Shown here in pieces: positions 40,501 through 52,700 of a DNA stretch of 64,000 nucleotides. This DNA is from Daphnia carinata (Eukaryota): positions 11,656,001-11,720,000 of the forward strand of contig NC_081331.1 of assembly GCF_022539665.2 (NCBI RefSeq), given 5' to 3'. The notes below the pieces were generated by a model that was not told the origin of the DNA, ran no database searches, and saw only the letters and a list, made by a program, of their open reading frames with translations. The position numbers and the translations under genes were made by a program. How positions within the stretch are numbered: the stretch's first letter is position 1; every line of letters starts with the position of its first letter.

Positions 40501-43500
40501 TAAAGAGTTACCATCAAATTGAACCTTGCGTAACATTCTTTGATAAGAGCTTAAGGGTAATGATCGATAAATGACACTAATCTAGTCATTTTCAAAAGCT
40601 TCTTTTTTTTTTTTTTCATTGTAAATCATAAAAGAAAAAAAAGGAGGGGGGGGGTTTGCTTTTTTTTTTTTTTTTTTTTTGTGCTACATCAAAAGACCTG
40701 TCGCTACGAAGTCGTTTGGCGTAATGAAGAAAGCGCCTAACAGGAAAAAGAGAATTTAAAAAAAAAAAAAAAGGGAGCGGCAAGCCAAACAGAGAAAGAA
40801 TCCAAGACTCAGGGAATCCCACGTTGTTCAGTAATGCCGACATCCTTGCGATAATTACACAACAATTTGACGAGAGGAAAAAAAAAGAAGGGCGAACACG
40901 GTGCAATAGAATAAATAGAAGAGAAAGAAAATGGTGTTAAAAAGAAATCGGTAGTTGTAGTGGAAACAGAGCACACACACACACACACAAACTTCCGGCT
41001 GTTGTGTGGTCTCCCTTCTATAATATTTATATATATTTTTTTTTTTTCGAAGAAATAAAAATGCCTTGTTTTTTTTTCTTCGAGGAAACCATCAAGAAAG
41101 AAGACAACAAAACAAGGGGGTAAAGTGGATTTCCTGATTCTTTTCTCTTTTATCGAATGTTTCAGGAAAAAAAAAAAAGAGAGCCATTCCTTGGAAAAAA
41201 AAAATCGAAAACAATGGTGAGAAATGATCTCTCGTTTTATATCGGTGGCATCCATATTTCGCACCGAGTGCTGCGACGTAAACGTGTCCCGTATAAAATC
41301 GAACGACGTTACAAGTTGAAAAAAAAAAATAAAAAATTGAACGAAATGTTTTTAGACCGTTCCGAGAAGTAAAACTTGACAAGCGGCCATTATTGTATCG
41401 ACATTTTCGTTTTTAAAAGAGATAGCGGTCGCAAATACATAAGAAAACGTTCTACCCAAAAAAAAAAAAGAAAAACATCATTTGTTCATGGAAGATTACA
41501 AAAAAAAAAAAAAAAAAAATAAATAATGTTTGATTTCCATTTATGAATGGTGTTGTTCGGTGGTTGATACAAGCGGGCCAGGCGTCAACAACCTCATCTG
41601 TACGCAGATTGGAAGGAGAAAGAAAGAAAAAAAAAAAAAAAGGGCCAGCGATACAAATCAAGTTTTTTCCCATCTTCTAGACGCCCCATTTCCAATGCAA
41701 TCCGATTGATAGCGATGGTGGTCGAATACGATTTTCTGCGGGTCTCTCTATGCAAGACCACATTTACGACTGACGCAACATCACATTCCCCCCCCCTCCC
41801 TTACAAAGGCAAGCCATTGAACAATAAGATGAAAGAAAGAACGAACGAACGAACGAACGAAAAAAAAAATGACTAGCCATAATAGTTGATATGCATCGCG
41901 TTTGACCAGTTTTGTTATTCCATTTTATGTTTTTGATTTAAAACGCACAACACGTCATCGCAAACATCACTTTTAAATTTTGTAATTTTTTTGTTTCTTT
42001 TTAACGAATAAAGAAATCGAATAAAAGCGGATTTTTCCAGGGGGTGCCGGACTCCCCTTTTCCTCTCTAGGTGATGATAGAAGCCCCATTTCCTGCTTCC
42101 GCCGGTTCAAAACCGTGGCCCGATTGCGCGCATTCATAATTTAAAAAAAAAAAGGGGGGGGGGGATGTTGTTTTAAAGCTTTTAAAAAACAGTTCGTTAT
42201 CACACGCTGGTACAAAACAGTTAACAACACCATTACAAACGTACCGACCCCAACTTGATGATTTTTTTGTCGTCCTCATTTCTTATTTCCTTCCCGTAGG
42301 TTAGGCCCATTTTGTGTGTGTGTGTGTGGAATCCCTTCCTTTAATCCCAAATTAATATTTAATCCAATCCATTATGAACGGCTCAAAAATTTAATCTTTC
42401 TTTTTAACCCATTAGTCGACAAGCAAAGTACACAAGAAAAAAAAAAAAATTTGGGGAAACCCAAAACATGTTGGTATTACTAAAGAACCAATTAGGACGA
42501 GCTACTTCCGCACTCATTCTGCACATTCCGGTTCGTTTCCTTTCCAAAATAAAGAAGAAAAAAAAAAAGAGTTGCAACAAAAGCAGGTGAAGCCAGTCGT
42601 TCTCCTCCTCCACCGCTAAGTATTTCAGCTTCAACAAGCAAAACAACATTTACAAGAAAAAACAAAAAAAAAACAAGAAAGTCCGTCAGCTCCAGACTTT
42701 CCACCTGACTTGATTTGATGGCCGTTAAAAGAAGAAGAAAATTGTGTGTGGGGGAGGACGAAGAGAAAGGCACGCGCGCGCGTTGCACGAACGTGCCGAC
42801 TCCCGCAACGACTTCTTGTTTCCACCCCGTTCGACCTTCTCATTTTGTCTCATCTTTGCGGTTTTCTTGTTGTTTCGATTCGACTCGATGATCTCGGACG
42901 TCGTTTTCTTCTCTCTTTCGTCCTAGGTCCTCGGCCCAAGTTGAGCGTGAAACCGCACACGCACAACCGCTAGTAGCAGAGAATGTACATAAGTGCGGAA
43001 AGGGGGAATCGAAAACGATCCAGATATATAGACACACAGTGTTGCTATAGACTCTCGCGTCTATATAACACACAGTAGCTACTTCATTGCAAGTGAGGCG
43101 GTGCTGGCGCGTGCATCTTTTATTTGGCCTTTATGTCTTCGAACCCACCACCACCACTAGGCAAACTATCGCGGCAGATAGATAAAAAATAAAATAAAAT
43201 AAAATAAAAACGAAAATAGGAAGAACGGCGGGGGGAGTAGCAAAAAAAAAAAAAAAAATGAGGACGAACGCATTGCACGAACGAGAGGATCAGGACCCCC
43301 TATCGGTGGATGAGAAAACGGGTATTTGAGCGTCGTGTAATTTGCTGTGTCTTCTACATCTCGATTGAGGGTTGGCCTCGAGACGCAGCAGATAACTAAA
43401 AAAAAAGAGAGAGAGAGAGAGAGGAAAGGGGGGCATGAAACGCGAAAACTGCCTGTAATTCACACAGGCTATCCCGTTTGAAATTGTCGTACTACGGGAA

Positions 43501-46500
43501 TATGTGTGACGTTCGTTTCCTGGCCAAAGCATTTAGTTCTTGAATAGCGGCAAAGGGAGAAATTCTTTTTACAAACTGATCTTTGTGACGAAGAAAGCAC
43601 AGAAAAAATAAAAAAAGAAAAAGAAGAGGGGATAGAATTGATATACAGGCTTTTCTTTGCCTACCCTCCCCAACCCAATTTGAATTCTACAACCTCATTC
43701 CGTTGGTTGTTGGCAGCCAATAAAAAACGTCTCCGCGATTGTTTGTCACGATGCCAGCAAGATTGGAAGGCAGTAAGCAAAAGAAGGATGAAAAAAAAAA
43801 AGGAATTGCGAAGAAAAGATTGAGTCAAGTTGTGTGGACTCTTCTACCCCCCCCCCCCCCACTCTTTGACTATATACTTGTCGGGATTCGAATGGACCGC
43901 CCTTTTTGGATCGATGATGTCGCCATTTCCCCCCCCCCTTTTTTTTACCAAGGGAGGAGAAATTGTGAACGCGGAGAAGACGATCTTTTGATCGATCGTT
44001 TCTTGTTTATGATTTCCCTTTTGGTCGGCTTCATCTTTCTACATCCCAAAAAACAACGTTTTGATTTTATTTCACGTAATTTTTCTCTTATAATATTTCA
44101 AAAAGAAACAACAAAAAAACAATTTGATCACACCCCACGCAAAAAGAAAATGGATAGACGAGGTGAAGAAAGGTTTCACTCGTCGGCCGTCATCATTAAC
44201 ATCAAATTTGAAAAAAACGGGATCATTTCTCTTCATCGCTTAAAAGCGATCAATCATTTCTACGTGGTAATTTACGAAAATTGTTTTTCAAAAATGCCTG
44301 CTTTCCATAAGTGTTTTTTCAATGAAGAAAAACAAAAAAAAAGAAAGACGAAAATCAAGTTAGTTCGTTGTGTACCCTCGTATATAACCAAGCGTCGTAT
44401 TTTTTTTTGTACGTCTTCGGAACCCAAAGTCGGTCCGACTCCCGCAACGATTTCCCCCCCTTTTTAGAAGCCCCTGCGTACAAGGAAGAACAGAATCCAC
44501 CCCAATTGGCTAATACCAAGACGAAGGGTCTTTAAACGAACGACCGCAGTCAATACAACCCCCCCCCCGGTGCAGGTGGCAAAACCCTTTATCAAGCCCA
44601 CCCCCGGCCTTTATGAAAGTGCTTCTATTCAAAATAAACAAAGCAATTCCACAATGTTTTTTGAGGGTGGGCGAAAAATTATTCGGGAAAGAAAAATGCA
44701 ATGCTCGTCGTTCATTGACAGAAGGGGCGTGAATCGGCAGATGGTAATAAGAAACCCTCACCGTTTTTTGAAACGCCCGACCGGATAGGAATCAAAAGGT
44801 TCAAAATTACACACACAAAATGCGTCACGTATACAAGGAAAAAAAATTTTTTTTGCAAGTGAAACGGTGTTTAGTTGAATCGGCAACAGTCTAGGAATCT
44901 CAAAGGACAAAAAAAAAAAAAAAAAAGGCTATTGAATGTTGAAAAAGAAAAAAATCGGAGCGGGGAATACAATTTGTCCGCGTGATTGCGTCTCTTCTTT
45001 CGCTTTCACGCTTCACGAGAAGATATTCACACGTTGCCGCTTCTTTTTCTTCTAGTATTTGGGTTCCAATAAGAAAAGACGACCATTACAAGTACCGTTT
45101 CATTTCTAAAAATATAAAATTCCGAACAAAAAGGAATGGAGTAACGGAGACGCGTTCGATCCTTCTCTATCAGACTTGGGAAAATAGGACGGCTCTTCGA
45201 CATTTAAAAAAAAAAAAAAAGGGTAACGAAAAATGATTCAACTGATTCAATCATCTTCTTCAATGATTTAAAAGAATGTTTTTTTTTTTTTCAAGGGATG
45301 ATTTTTAAAATTTTATGGCCATTTGCTCGGCAGGTGGCGGAAGCCCGTTCAATGCCCTTTTCTACTAATTCTGTTGACGTTAAAAAAAAAAAAATGGCGG
45401 GACCAACGTCCATAACTGGTGCTGTTTAACGGCTACCTCAAAAAAAAAACGGAGAGGAAGTTGTTCCCCTCAAGAAATAGATTTTTCTTTCGTGAGGGGG
45501 TTTGTTTCAATTCCCCCCAAAAAAACTTGTAGGAGCAACAAATTGAAATAAACCAACAACAAAAAAATGGGCGTTTAATTTACGTTTTCTAGGGCAGGGA
45601 TTTTGTTTCCTGGAATTTTTCAAACCAGCCTATTATTTCCAAACACTCTATTTTTTTTCCCTGATTGATAGGAAAAAAAAAATAAAATAAACGATAAGTA
45701 AAGAAAAAATAATAAATAAACGATAAGTAAGAAAAAAAAGGGGGCCATACACACACACGGCACTGATTGAATTACAACCAGAAAAGTCATCGACTTTTTT
45801 TTGTGTGTGTGTGTGTGTTATATACGCCTTCAATTCACGACTAGAGTTCTACATGGAGACCTCACACTCCCACGAAGATGGACGTCATCGACGCCGCCAT
45901 AGCAATCTCGAGAGAAAAAAAAAATGAATCGTGAGGTAAAAGATGATAATAACCAACGAGAAAAAAAGCAATTCCCGTTTTTCTTTCGATTTCGTGTTTT
46001 CTTGGAGGCTGACCCATTTCGAAGTCAGGCAAAACAATAGAACGCGGACGTGATTTGTTGTTGCATGCAAAGCACTTCAAATTATTTTTCATAGAAAAAG
46101 AGGAAAATAAAAAATAAACAATCACGAAAGAGATGACAATCTTGAACGATATCGTCACTGTGCCATACAGAAATTTCCTTTCAACTCACAGATGGTTATC
46201 TACAGAAAACGTGTTCAATATGACGGCGAAACCCCCCCCTCCCCCTTTTTGGTTTCGTGATGTCATACAAACTTTCGATCAAAGTCAAATTATAAGCCGC
46301 CCACACACCTTCGAGCGAAAATATAGAAAAAAAAACATACGCCCGAAGACGCCAACAGATGGCGTTTAGTTCGACACAATTTTTACGACCCACACCCCCC
46401 GCACTAATGTCTTACCCCCTTTGGCCTTTTTTTTTTTTCTTTCTTTTCTTTTTTACTTTTCTTTTTGTCTTTAACAACTTCAACTACTTGTCCACATCCG

Positions 46501-46785
46501 GTGCGTGAATCAAAAGGATGGAGAGGGGGAAAGACATTAGGTGTGTAAGCAAGAACGGCACAGTAGCGCATAAATATTAGATATCCAACAGGATGGCATT
46601 GATACGTAATCCTCGTCGAGTTTTGAAATTCAACCACGTGGCAAATCTCGATGTGAAACACAAAAAAAACGCAGCAATAAAAAATGGAAGACAGAGGAAA
46701 GCGTAGACTTACATGATGTGGATAACAAGGTGATCAACAGCAGGCAGAACGACAGGTGGAGCATTTTCGTCGACTTCCAATCCAT
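5920..46785 (-). CDS. sns: Nephrin / Sticks-and-stones-like Ig-superfamily adhesion receptor: signal peptide, 9 Ig, 1 FN3, TM, cytoplasmic tail. 18 coding exons per isoform, 1349 aa (TM-A) or 1347 aa (TM-B)
   Basis: Exons join with GT-AG and consistent phase (4050 nt with TM-A). Family features: WTKDGFALG and DDAEYQCQVGP in Ig1, GGNP-type Ig domains, FDGG FN3, tail SKSATIEMYAPSSYN-TV-GETLSS, C-terminal GHLV as in nephrin/Sns/Hibris. Sns versus Hibris orthology needs a tree. Confidence 0.93.
6464..6674 (-). CDS. sns: nephrin/sns cytoplasmic exon (PEDATKVAVSTYLID...DTLRRNAYSQ)
   Basis: Acceptor TATAG|CCT, donor G|GTATGA. Confidence 0.88.
6754..6905 (-). CDS. sns: nephrin/sns cytoplasmic exon (AMSSEGGSSKSATIEMYAPSSY...SDYA)
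   Basis: Acceptor TATTAG|CC, donor GCC|GTGAGT. Confidence 0.92.
7037..7065 (-). CDS. candidate 29-nt microexon (RLESNERKID when entered in phase 2)
   Basis: AACAG|ACTCGAGTCAAATGAAAGGAAAATTGACG|GTAAGA. Frame-restoring only together with the 7-nt candidate at 7757-7763. Confidence 0.45.
7233..7397 (-). CDS. sns: nephrin/sns transmembrane exon B (SPDDDMNADLLLTRGDSPKIIIIAISTAGALLLVLNLAIVSCYLIRRRKKKCMEE)
   Basis: Acceptor GTGTAG|GC, donor G|GTTAGT, 165 nt, phase 1-1, hydrophobic helix plus basic stop-transfer. Confidence 0.85.
7757..7763 (-). CDS. candidate 7-nt microexon / alternative strong donor after TM exon A
   Basis: TTCTTCATAAG|GAACGAG|GTAAGT: consensus donor, weak AAG acceptor. Confidence 0.35.
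7864..8034 (-). CDS. sns: nephrin/sns transmembrane exon A (SEAPPTGQKPRDLEVRPGDMPKVLIIVITIVGTALLVLNVALIACFVRRRHRKRLAK)
   Basis: Acceptor CTTCAG|GC, donor G|GTTTGT, 171 nt, phase 1-1. Confidence 0.87.
8786..8951 (-). CDS. sns: nephrin/sns exon, second half of FN3 (IGNEFYKYADVYPTNMTAF...VKARTS)
   Basis: Acceptor GATAG|ATC, donor A|GTAAGT. Confidence 0.9.
9086..9507 (-). CDS. sns: nephrin/sns exon, Ig9 plus first half of FN3
   Basis: Acceptor TTACAG|AT, donor CAG|GTAAAA; DYGLYDCVARN and WRSGFDGG. Confidence 0.92.
9601..9882 (-). CDS. sns: nephrin/sns exon, Ig8
   Basis: Acceptor GATAG|AT, donor T|GTAATA; DTGAFECVANNGIG. Confidence 0.92.
9971..10261 (-). CDS. sns: nephrin/sns exon, Ig7
   Basis: Acceptor TTGTAG|AC, donor T|GTAATG; DKGDYKCEATNAEG. 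Confidence 0.92.
10346..10648 (-). CDS. sns: nephrin/sns exon, Ig6
   Basis: Acceptor GTTTAG|TT, donor T|GTGAGT; CESDSSNP...ITCQATN. Confidence 0.92.
11259..11412 (-). CDS. sns: nephrin/sns exon, second half of Ig5 (IKANYTSHG...DNGKELRCEATNPAL...IRIE)
   Basis: Acceptor ATCAG|ATC, donor T|GTAAGT. Not in the ORF track in this frame. Confidence 0.9.
11573..11712 (-). CDS. sns: nephrin/sns exon, first half of Ig5 (YPPEAPSISG...CMSMGGNPPATLKWF...KE)
   Basis: Acceptor GTGCAG|AT, donor GAG|GTAAAA. Not in the ORF track. Confidence 0.9.
11826..12125 (-). CDS. sns: nephrin/sns exon, Ig4
   Basis: Acceptor CTACAG|TC, donor T|GTAAGT; SNPVARITWVVDG...GGWVSSSN. Confidence 0.92.
12769..12860. repeat. (GA)n microsatellites (16 units at 12769-12800 plus a second shorter tract)
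   Basis: Direct reading. Confidence 0.95.
13122..13412 (-). CDS. sns: nephrin/sns exon, Ig3
   Basis: Acceptor AAATAG|AT, donor T|GTAAGT; YPPGPPEIIGYTEGE...SRGGNPLAQIVWYKN. Confidence 0.93.
13529..13699 (-). CDS. sns: nephrin/sns exon, second half of Ig2 (DRIENTT...DDNEADYTCEARHPAL...LNIL)
   Basis: Acceptor GTTCAG|AT, donor T|GTAAGT. Not in the ORF track. Confidence 0.9.
13810..13962 (-). CDS. sns: nephrin/sns exon, first half of Ig2
   Basis: Acceptor TTACAG|TT, donor G|GTAAGT; CLVRNAKPAAEIVWFK. Confidence 0.92.
15727..15906 (-). CDS. sns: nephrin/sns exon 3, second half of Ig1
   Basis: Acceptor TTGCAG|GT, donor A|GTAAGT; DDDAEYQCQVGP. Confidence 0.93.
24924..25064 (-). CDS. sns: nephrin/sns exon 2, first half of Ig1 (CDGQQQQQYFAERPQN...QWTKDGFAL)
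   Basis: Acceptor TTCACAG|GC, donor G|GTAAGT. Confidence 0.92.
27637..27720. repeat. (CA)42 microsatellite
   Basis: Direct reading; source of the poly-HT ORFs. Confidence 0.97.
29372..29404. repeat. (TAAA)n tetranucleotide microsatellite
   Basis: Direct reading. Confidence 0.9.
46713..46785 (-). CDS. sns: nephrin/sns first coding exon, signal peptide (MDWKSTKMLHLSFCLLLITLLSTS)
   Basis: ATG in ATCATCATGG context, basic n-region plus hydrophobic core, phase-1 donor T|GTAAGT. Joins exon 2 to give ...STSCDG|QQQQQYF, a plausible cleavage site. Confidence 0.75.
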
Positions 46786-49700
46786 GATGATTGAACTGAT
46801 CACGTGCAGATGAGGGGAGAAAGAGAAAAGTTTGAGTTCCACTCGATTGCAGCACACACAAACTGAGTGTACGGCAGTATGAGGAAGAAAAAAAAAGGAT
46901 AATCCGGCTCACAGTTTTAATCCAGTTTCACGGGATGATGGTAGCCAATCACAGACTCTGTTGGTCAGAGTCATTCACGAGACACACGGGCAGGGCACAA
47001 CACACATCGATGGCTCGTCAAAGTCAGAAAGAAACAAACATCAATCCGTTTTTTTTTCTCGTATAGTTATTTCTCTCCTGGGAGGTCTGAAAACGTTTTT
47101 AACAGTCAAATCGTATGCTAATCAGTATAGAGTATATCTGCTTTTTCTCTCTCTCTTTCTCTCTTTTTTGGGCTGCGATTGATGATCGACGCAGGCCCTG
47201 GGCTGACACCCAGGAACACCACCAAACTCTCTATTACACAGACACTCACACATAGGCATAAACCATAGAATGTATTCGTTTTTGGGAAAAGAAGCACAGG
47301 TGTAACTGAAATCCACGCGGGTCGAGGAGGAGAGAAAAAAAAATGGTGTCCGATGCAGGTGGCGGGAAGAGAGAAACCAAAGTCACACTTTCGTTGGAAG
47401 ACAATTGCTAATTGGGCTAGCAAAACAAAAGCGAACTCGATTGTTTGACGTTTGAAATTAGTTTCGGGCAAGACGAAAATGTTTGGGAAAACACAAAAAA
47501 ACGATGTTTTCGATGTGAAAAAGCGAAAATTTCACAGTTACGTCGGACACGACCTCCTTCTCTCGCAGACTGGCTCACACTGAAGCAGCACACACCGCCG
47601 GCCTCTCAATGTTCTCCCCCTATGCTCAACTTGGCCACCAGAGGCTCTGCTGTTCGCCTTCCTGCCGTGGCCCTTATTCTTTGCCCGCCAAATTCATCTT
47701 TTCCCTTTCAAACAGGAAGAAAAAATACAAAAAAAAAATAAAATTAAAAATATATATATAAAAAAAGCCCGCGAGGAATGACTCCGCCTTCTAGCGCACG
47801 CTCAGCCGTCCTCATTTAAAAAATAAGAATAAAAAAAAAACTTTTCTTTATTGAATGAATGAAAAGACCATCATCATCGTCAACTCGCCTAGGGCACAAC
47901 GTGTAAACGTCTTTTGCGTGAAAAAGTTGTAGCCGTACGCTGTACAAGAGAGGAAGGTGAAGGGGGAAGCTTTTTGATGGCACCGATTAATCCGAATCAA
48001 TACACCAATCAACACCTTTCCGTACCCTGTAACCACATACAAGAATTACAGCCATTTTTTTCCTGCTCGCTTTTAATTTTCTTCAATTCTAAACGAATTT
48101 TAGAAAAAAATACGAGACTTTCTTGGGACAAAGAAAACGTTGCAATGCAAATGATTCCGGACGCATATTTTAAGTGTATTTAACTAGATTATACAGAGAC
48201 GAATTCATCAAGTTTTCCCGTTCAAATTTTGTAAAACGCATTTGCATAAGTTTGCGCATTTTGCCCCCGTGCAACGCACGTCAATAACTTCGTCGTTATA
48301 GACGCAGACTGCTGGATAAGGCCCTTGAGGAGGGTAGGGGAAGGGGTGTAACCGGAGGGGTTGTACAGTATATGTGTATTTACATGTTAAGAAAATTGAA
48401 CTCGTGTAACGCAATTCTCCTGGAGGAAAATCCAATCACGGAGAAAACGACGGCCAGAAACAGACGACAACGTTTCATTAGGCTATGCCCCCCCCCCCCC
48501 CTTAGGGTTCAAGACAAAATCTTTTGGTGTGTGTTGTTGCTGGAAAGAAAAGTTTGAAATGATCTATTTGATCATTTCGGCTAGAGGCGAAATTTGCAGT
48601 TCTTACGGACACAAAAGTGATGATGGAATCTTTGCGTGTTGTTTTTGTTTTTATTCCCGAGAAAAAAAAAAATGTACCGGTAGACGCGAATGGTTTGGTG
48701 GAACGAGTCCGCCTCCACCACAGGCGCAAGAAGTTCCCCCGAAAAAAAAAAACAACAAGGCAGCTGTGCTGCACAGATCAAGTTTATTTTTAAAAGAAAA
48801 ATCCTCGATTGCTCTTTTCTAATATTCTTTTTTTTTTTGTTCTTTCATCCCGCCATCAAATTGGAATATTATACATTCACAATCGGGATTATATAGAAAG
48901 ATGGGAGAAAAAAAAAAAAAGGCCAGATAAGATGGGATATTCAAAAATCTCTTGTTGTTGGAGGCTCACACGAGCGTTCGGGACTTGTGTGTGGGTTTCG
49001 TAAATCATTCAAGTCGCTGGGGGTTGCATCCCGACTTGTTTTGCATATCAACAACAACGTGAAACAACACAACTGTTGACAGTCGAGACCGAAGAAAACA
49101 AAAGCATCTTTTTATCAATATATACATATACACACACAGTTGGTTGACTCGCCCTAAACGCTTACACACACACACACACACACAGTGGAATGTTGGTGAA
49201 AAGAAGTAGGACATTTATTATTTTTTTCTTAGGGATTTCCGCATCCAGGCAAAATGTCGTGATTTTGGAGCGTTCACACAAACGTTGGGTGGAGAAACTC
49301 TACCAATTATGGTCGCTCTAGCTGACATCACGAACGCTATGCATACCGTATCCATACGTAATCGTTCTGGGTTAACCTTATGTAAAGTGTTTGTTTCGTC
49401 GACTCGAATGTATGAGGTGGGGTGGGGGGGGGGGAGGTAGAATTCCAGGTCGTCAGAGGGGATGGTGAGTAGGTCACGGTCCGTTAAGTTTGTTTGGGTA
49501 CATATCCTCTTCTTCTCAAAGAGTGCGGGACTCTGCGGGACCTACATTTTTGCCTTCACGAAAATTTCGTTTTTTGAAAACGAAGGCGGAGCTGTCCCGA
49601 TGCGGAAGAAGGATGCGTGGGTGGCGCTGCATGGATTTATTAATAATTACGACAACATAACAAAACAAAACAAAAAAAATGGGCCAATTTCGCCTCCCTC

Positions 49701-52700
49701 CCCGTTTCTCAGCATTTGAAAAGAAAGCAGGCAATATTTAAAAAGAAAAAAAAAAGGTATTTATTTCTAATTCTTTTTTAAAATGGTATAAATGACTTCA
49801 TACCTTTAAAAAAAAAAAGGTGGAGGCTTGGCATCAGCGGTGTCGTAAAAAGACAACAACAACAACAACAAAGTTACGGGAAAGAATCCTATCCGAGTGA
49901 TCATTCATTCTCTTTTTCTTTTTACGATTACGAGTCAATAGGGATGACGAACGTTGGCTACGACGATATTCTTTTTCACGTGTGCGAAAAGAGGGAAGAA
50001 AAAAAAACGTAAGCGCGCAAAGGTGCGGCCATAACGGAGTTGCCTTTAAGAAAAATGATTTTTTTTTTCCTTCGTGCTATGCGAAAATAGCGGGATTTTT
50101 TTTTTATCGTGTTAGTTCTTTTTATTCTGGGGCTCGTCAAAATCATTTGCATATCAAAGGATTTTTTTTTTTTTTTTTTTTTTTTACCTTTTCCCGGCCA
50201 TTTTTATTTCTTCTCATTTTCAGAGCATAGTTCACTCTATTAAGAAAAGATGTTAAGGGTTTCTGTTTTAAACGTAATGTACTTAAACGAAAGTTAGAAG
50301 GTCAAATAGATCCGATTTCAATTTTGAGGAAATGTTTTTTTTTTTTTCGGTTGCTATTATTCACCGTATGAGATGTTATAAATAATATGGGAAAAGCTCA
50401 AAATAGAAACATGAAAGGGCATTGTATGTGACACCCGCGATAAGCAATATAGATTTCTCTCTTGAAATACTTGTTTTGGGCTATAGAGACGCAATCCATC
50501 CGTACTTGTTTATGCCACACACGTCGTGCAGGTGACAAGCCTTTGCCCGTAAAAAAAACATATGGAAATGGGAAAAAACGAGAAACGAAATAAAATCACG
50601 AAAAATATATAACATTCCAATTTGGTTAATAATTTCTTCTTTTTCAGTTGTATCAAATACAATGTGCCACTCCTCCGACAAACCATCAATCAATTTTTTC
50701 TTTACGATTATGCACCGGGATAAGCCAAACTTGCAAAAAAAGCAAAACACATCTGATTTTGCATAGATATGGATGATGGCGGTTGAACCTCTAAATGTCG
50801 TCGTATACCCATGAAGAGATGAATGTTTCGTTGAACAAAACAAAAAATATACAGTATATAAAGAACGTGAGCCATACTGACATCACGACCGATTTTCATC
50901 TGTCTCTCAACATCCCCAAACTCGTATGCAAATTGGTTTTTTGTCCTGAAGGCACCCTCACGAAAAGGATAACATTTAAATTCTTTATTAAGAAAGAAAA
51001 AAAAACCTTATCATTATTACTTTTTTTTACCTTTCAAAAATTTCAACTCGCCACTTAAGGTAAAATTCACGTTTTGCGATGGATAAGCAACTAAGTGTTA
51101 TGTCACTGGACGCAGTCTAGACATTTCTCTAACAGCTGAGCATACGTATAATCTTGCCTGCATAATTTCATAAACGCCTTTATGTAGTGTCGTTGGCGTT
51201 CGTCAAAGTTTCCCTTCCCGCTGGAGCTTAATGTCAACTTTTGCTGTTGAACTCAAATTATTCTTTGGAATGTCGTACAATAATAAAAATGTTTTCGAAA
51301 CATTTGTCTTGGATCTTTAATAAGAAAAACAGAAGCCAGCCGAACTGCAATTTTTCATCAGTGTATTAGAAGCCCAGTTAATAATGTTCGAAACCATATC
51401 TTACACATCTACAAAAAGGAAAATATATTGGTCCACATTCTTGCCTCTGCTTTTGATCGTGCAAAAACTGTCGTGTGGATATACCGGGGCTCGCTGCCCG
51501 CTGGATCCAATATGCAAGTTTTCCATCAAGGCAAATATGCCCCATGTAAATCGATTTGACTATTGTGTTCTACAATTCTGATGAAAAGCGAAAGGTGCGA
51601 AAAAAAAAGAATTTAAAAGATTTCTTTTGTTGAAGAGTTGAAAAAAAGTAATAGTTTTCAACTGTTTTTTTTTTTTTAGAAAGGATTGACGTTATTATAC
51701 GCCCCTAAGGCCAAATGACTCTTTTATTTTCACGCGTTTTGTATAAAAGGGAGTTGAGCGATCGTTGTACATACAACTCACACGAGTAAACACCAACCCA
51801 ACATCCTCAAAATGTGGAAGAAAGATAAACTTATAGGCGTGTCTCTTATTGAAAAAAAAAAAAAAATCCTTGCTCACGCTGTAAATGTATGCAACTGGCG
51901 TGATTACAACCTTTATATGTACAATCTCCTCGCGATGCATAACAGCCGTTTTCTAAACTTAGACGTACTTGACTCACTTTTTCTCCTCTCCTTGTAGATA
52001 TATAGGCGTTGTGCGCCTCTTTGGCGAGGGAATGACGAGTGCAAACTAGTGAGAAATGACGTGTCAACGCCGTCCGTCAGTTTCATGCGACCGCATCATC
52101 CATCGGCCTTACACTATCGAAATCAAAGCTCTTGTATATATTTCTTTAGATGTTTTTATAAACTAAAAAAAAAAAGGAAAAATATATATTTTGATATAGG
52201 GCATTATAAGGGTGCTGTGAAAACATCAATCAAGTGGGCAAACACTCACGGCCTCAGGGTTGAAAGATTGAGCTTTGAACGAAAATGGCAGGAGGAAGAT
52301 GGGCCCGTTGAAAGGAATCGAAAAAATTGTTAGAGCCATTGAGGAGGCCCATTAGGTGTTGGGCTGTGCACGCCGATTCCGAGTGGCACGCGGCTCGTTC
52401 AACACGTCATTAAAGTGCGAGCATATCGCAGTGAGAGCTCTCCCAGCGACGCCCATCATTCTTCGACGTGAAAGATGAATCCTCCTATTTATTTTTGTGT
52501 TTTTTTTTTTAGGGGGGGGGAGGGAAGAACCATCGCCCAAAAACAGAAAAGAAAAACAGGATTGATCATTATTTTTGCGTATAGGCAGAGAGAAACTTGA
52601 TCAATGGCGTCAGCGTGAAAAGGTGCCTTTAAAAAAATCTATTGAAATGTAGTACAGCGGGGATGTGCGTCGTGACACGCCGTAAATGTATAAAAATGAC

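Larger units (their letters stand above)
14270..46450. repeat. intronic region dense in long poly(A)/poly(T) runs and short CA/GA tracts (e.g. A36 at 17465-17500)
   Basis: Direct reading; explains most poly-K/poly-F ORFs in the track. Confidence 0.9.

Noticed and set aside
45674..45731. Direct repeat aaataaacgataagtaa x2
   Set aside because: Local slippage duplication in A-rich sequence, not an array or element terminus.
16850..46200. Many 60-240 aa ORFs rich in poly-K, poly-F, HTHT or CVCV (e.g. 43739-44467, 27168-27752, 17802-18416)
   Set aside because: Translations of homopolymers and microsatellites in introns, with no domain character or consistent splice structure.
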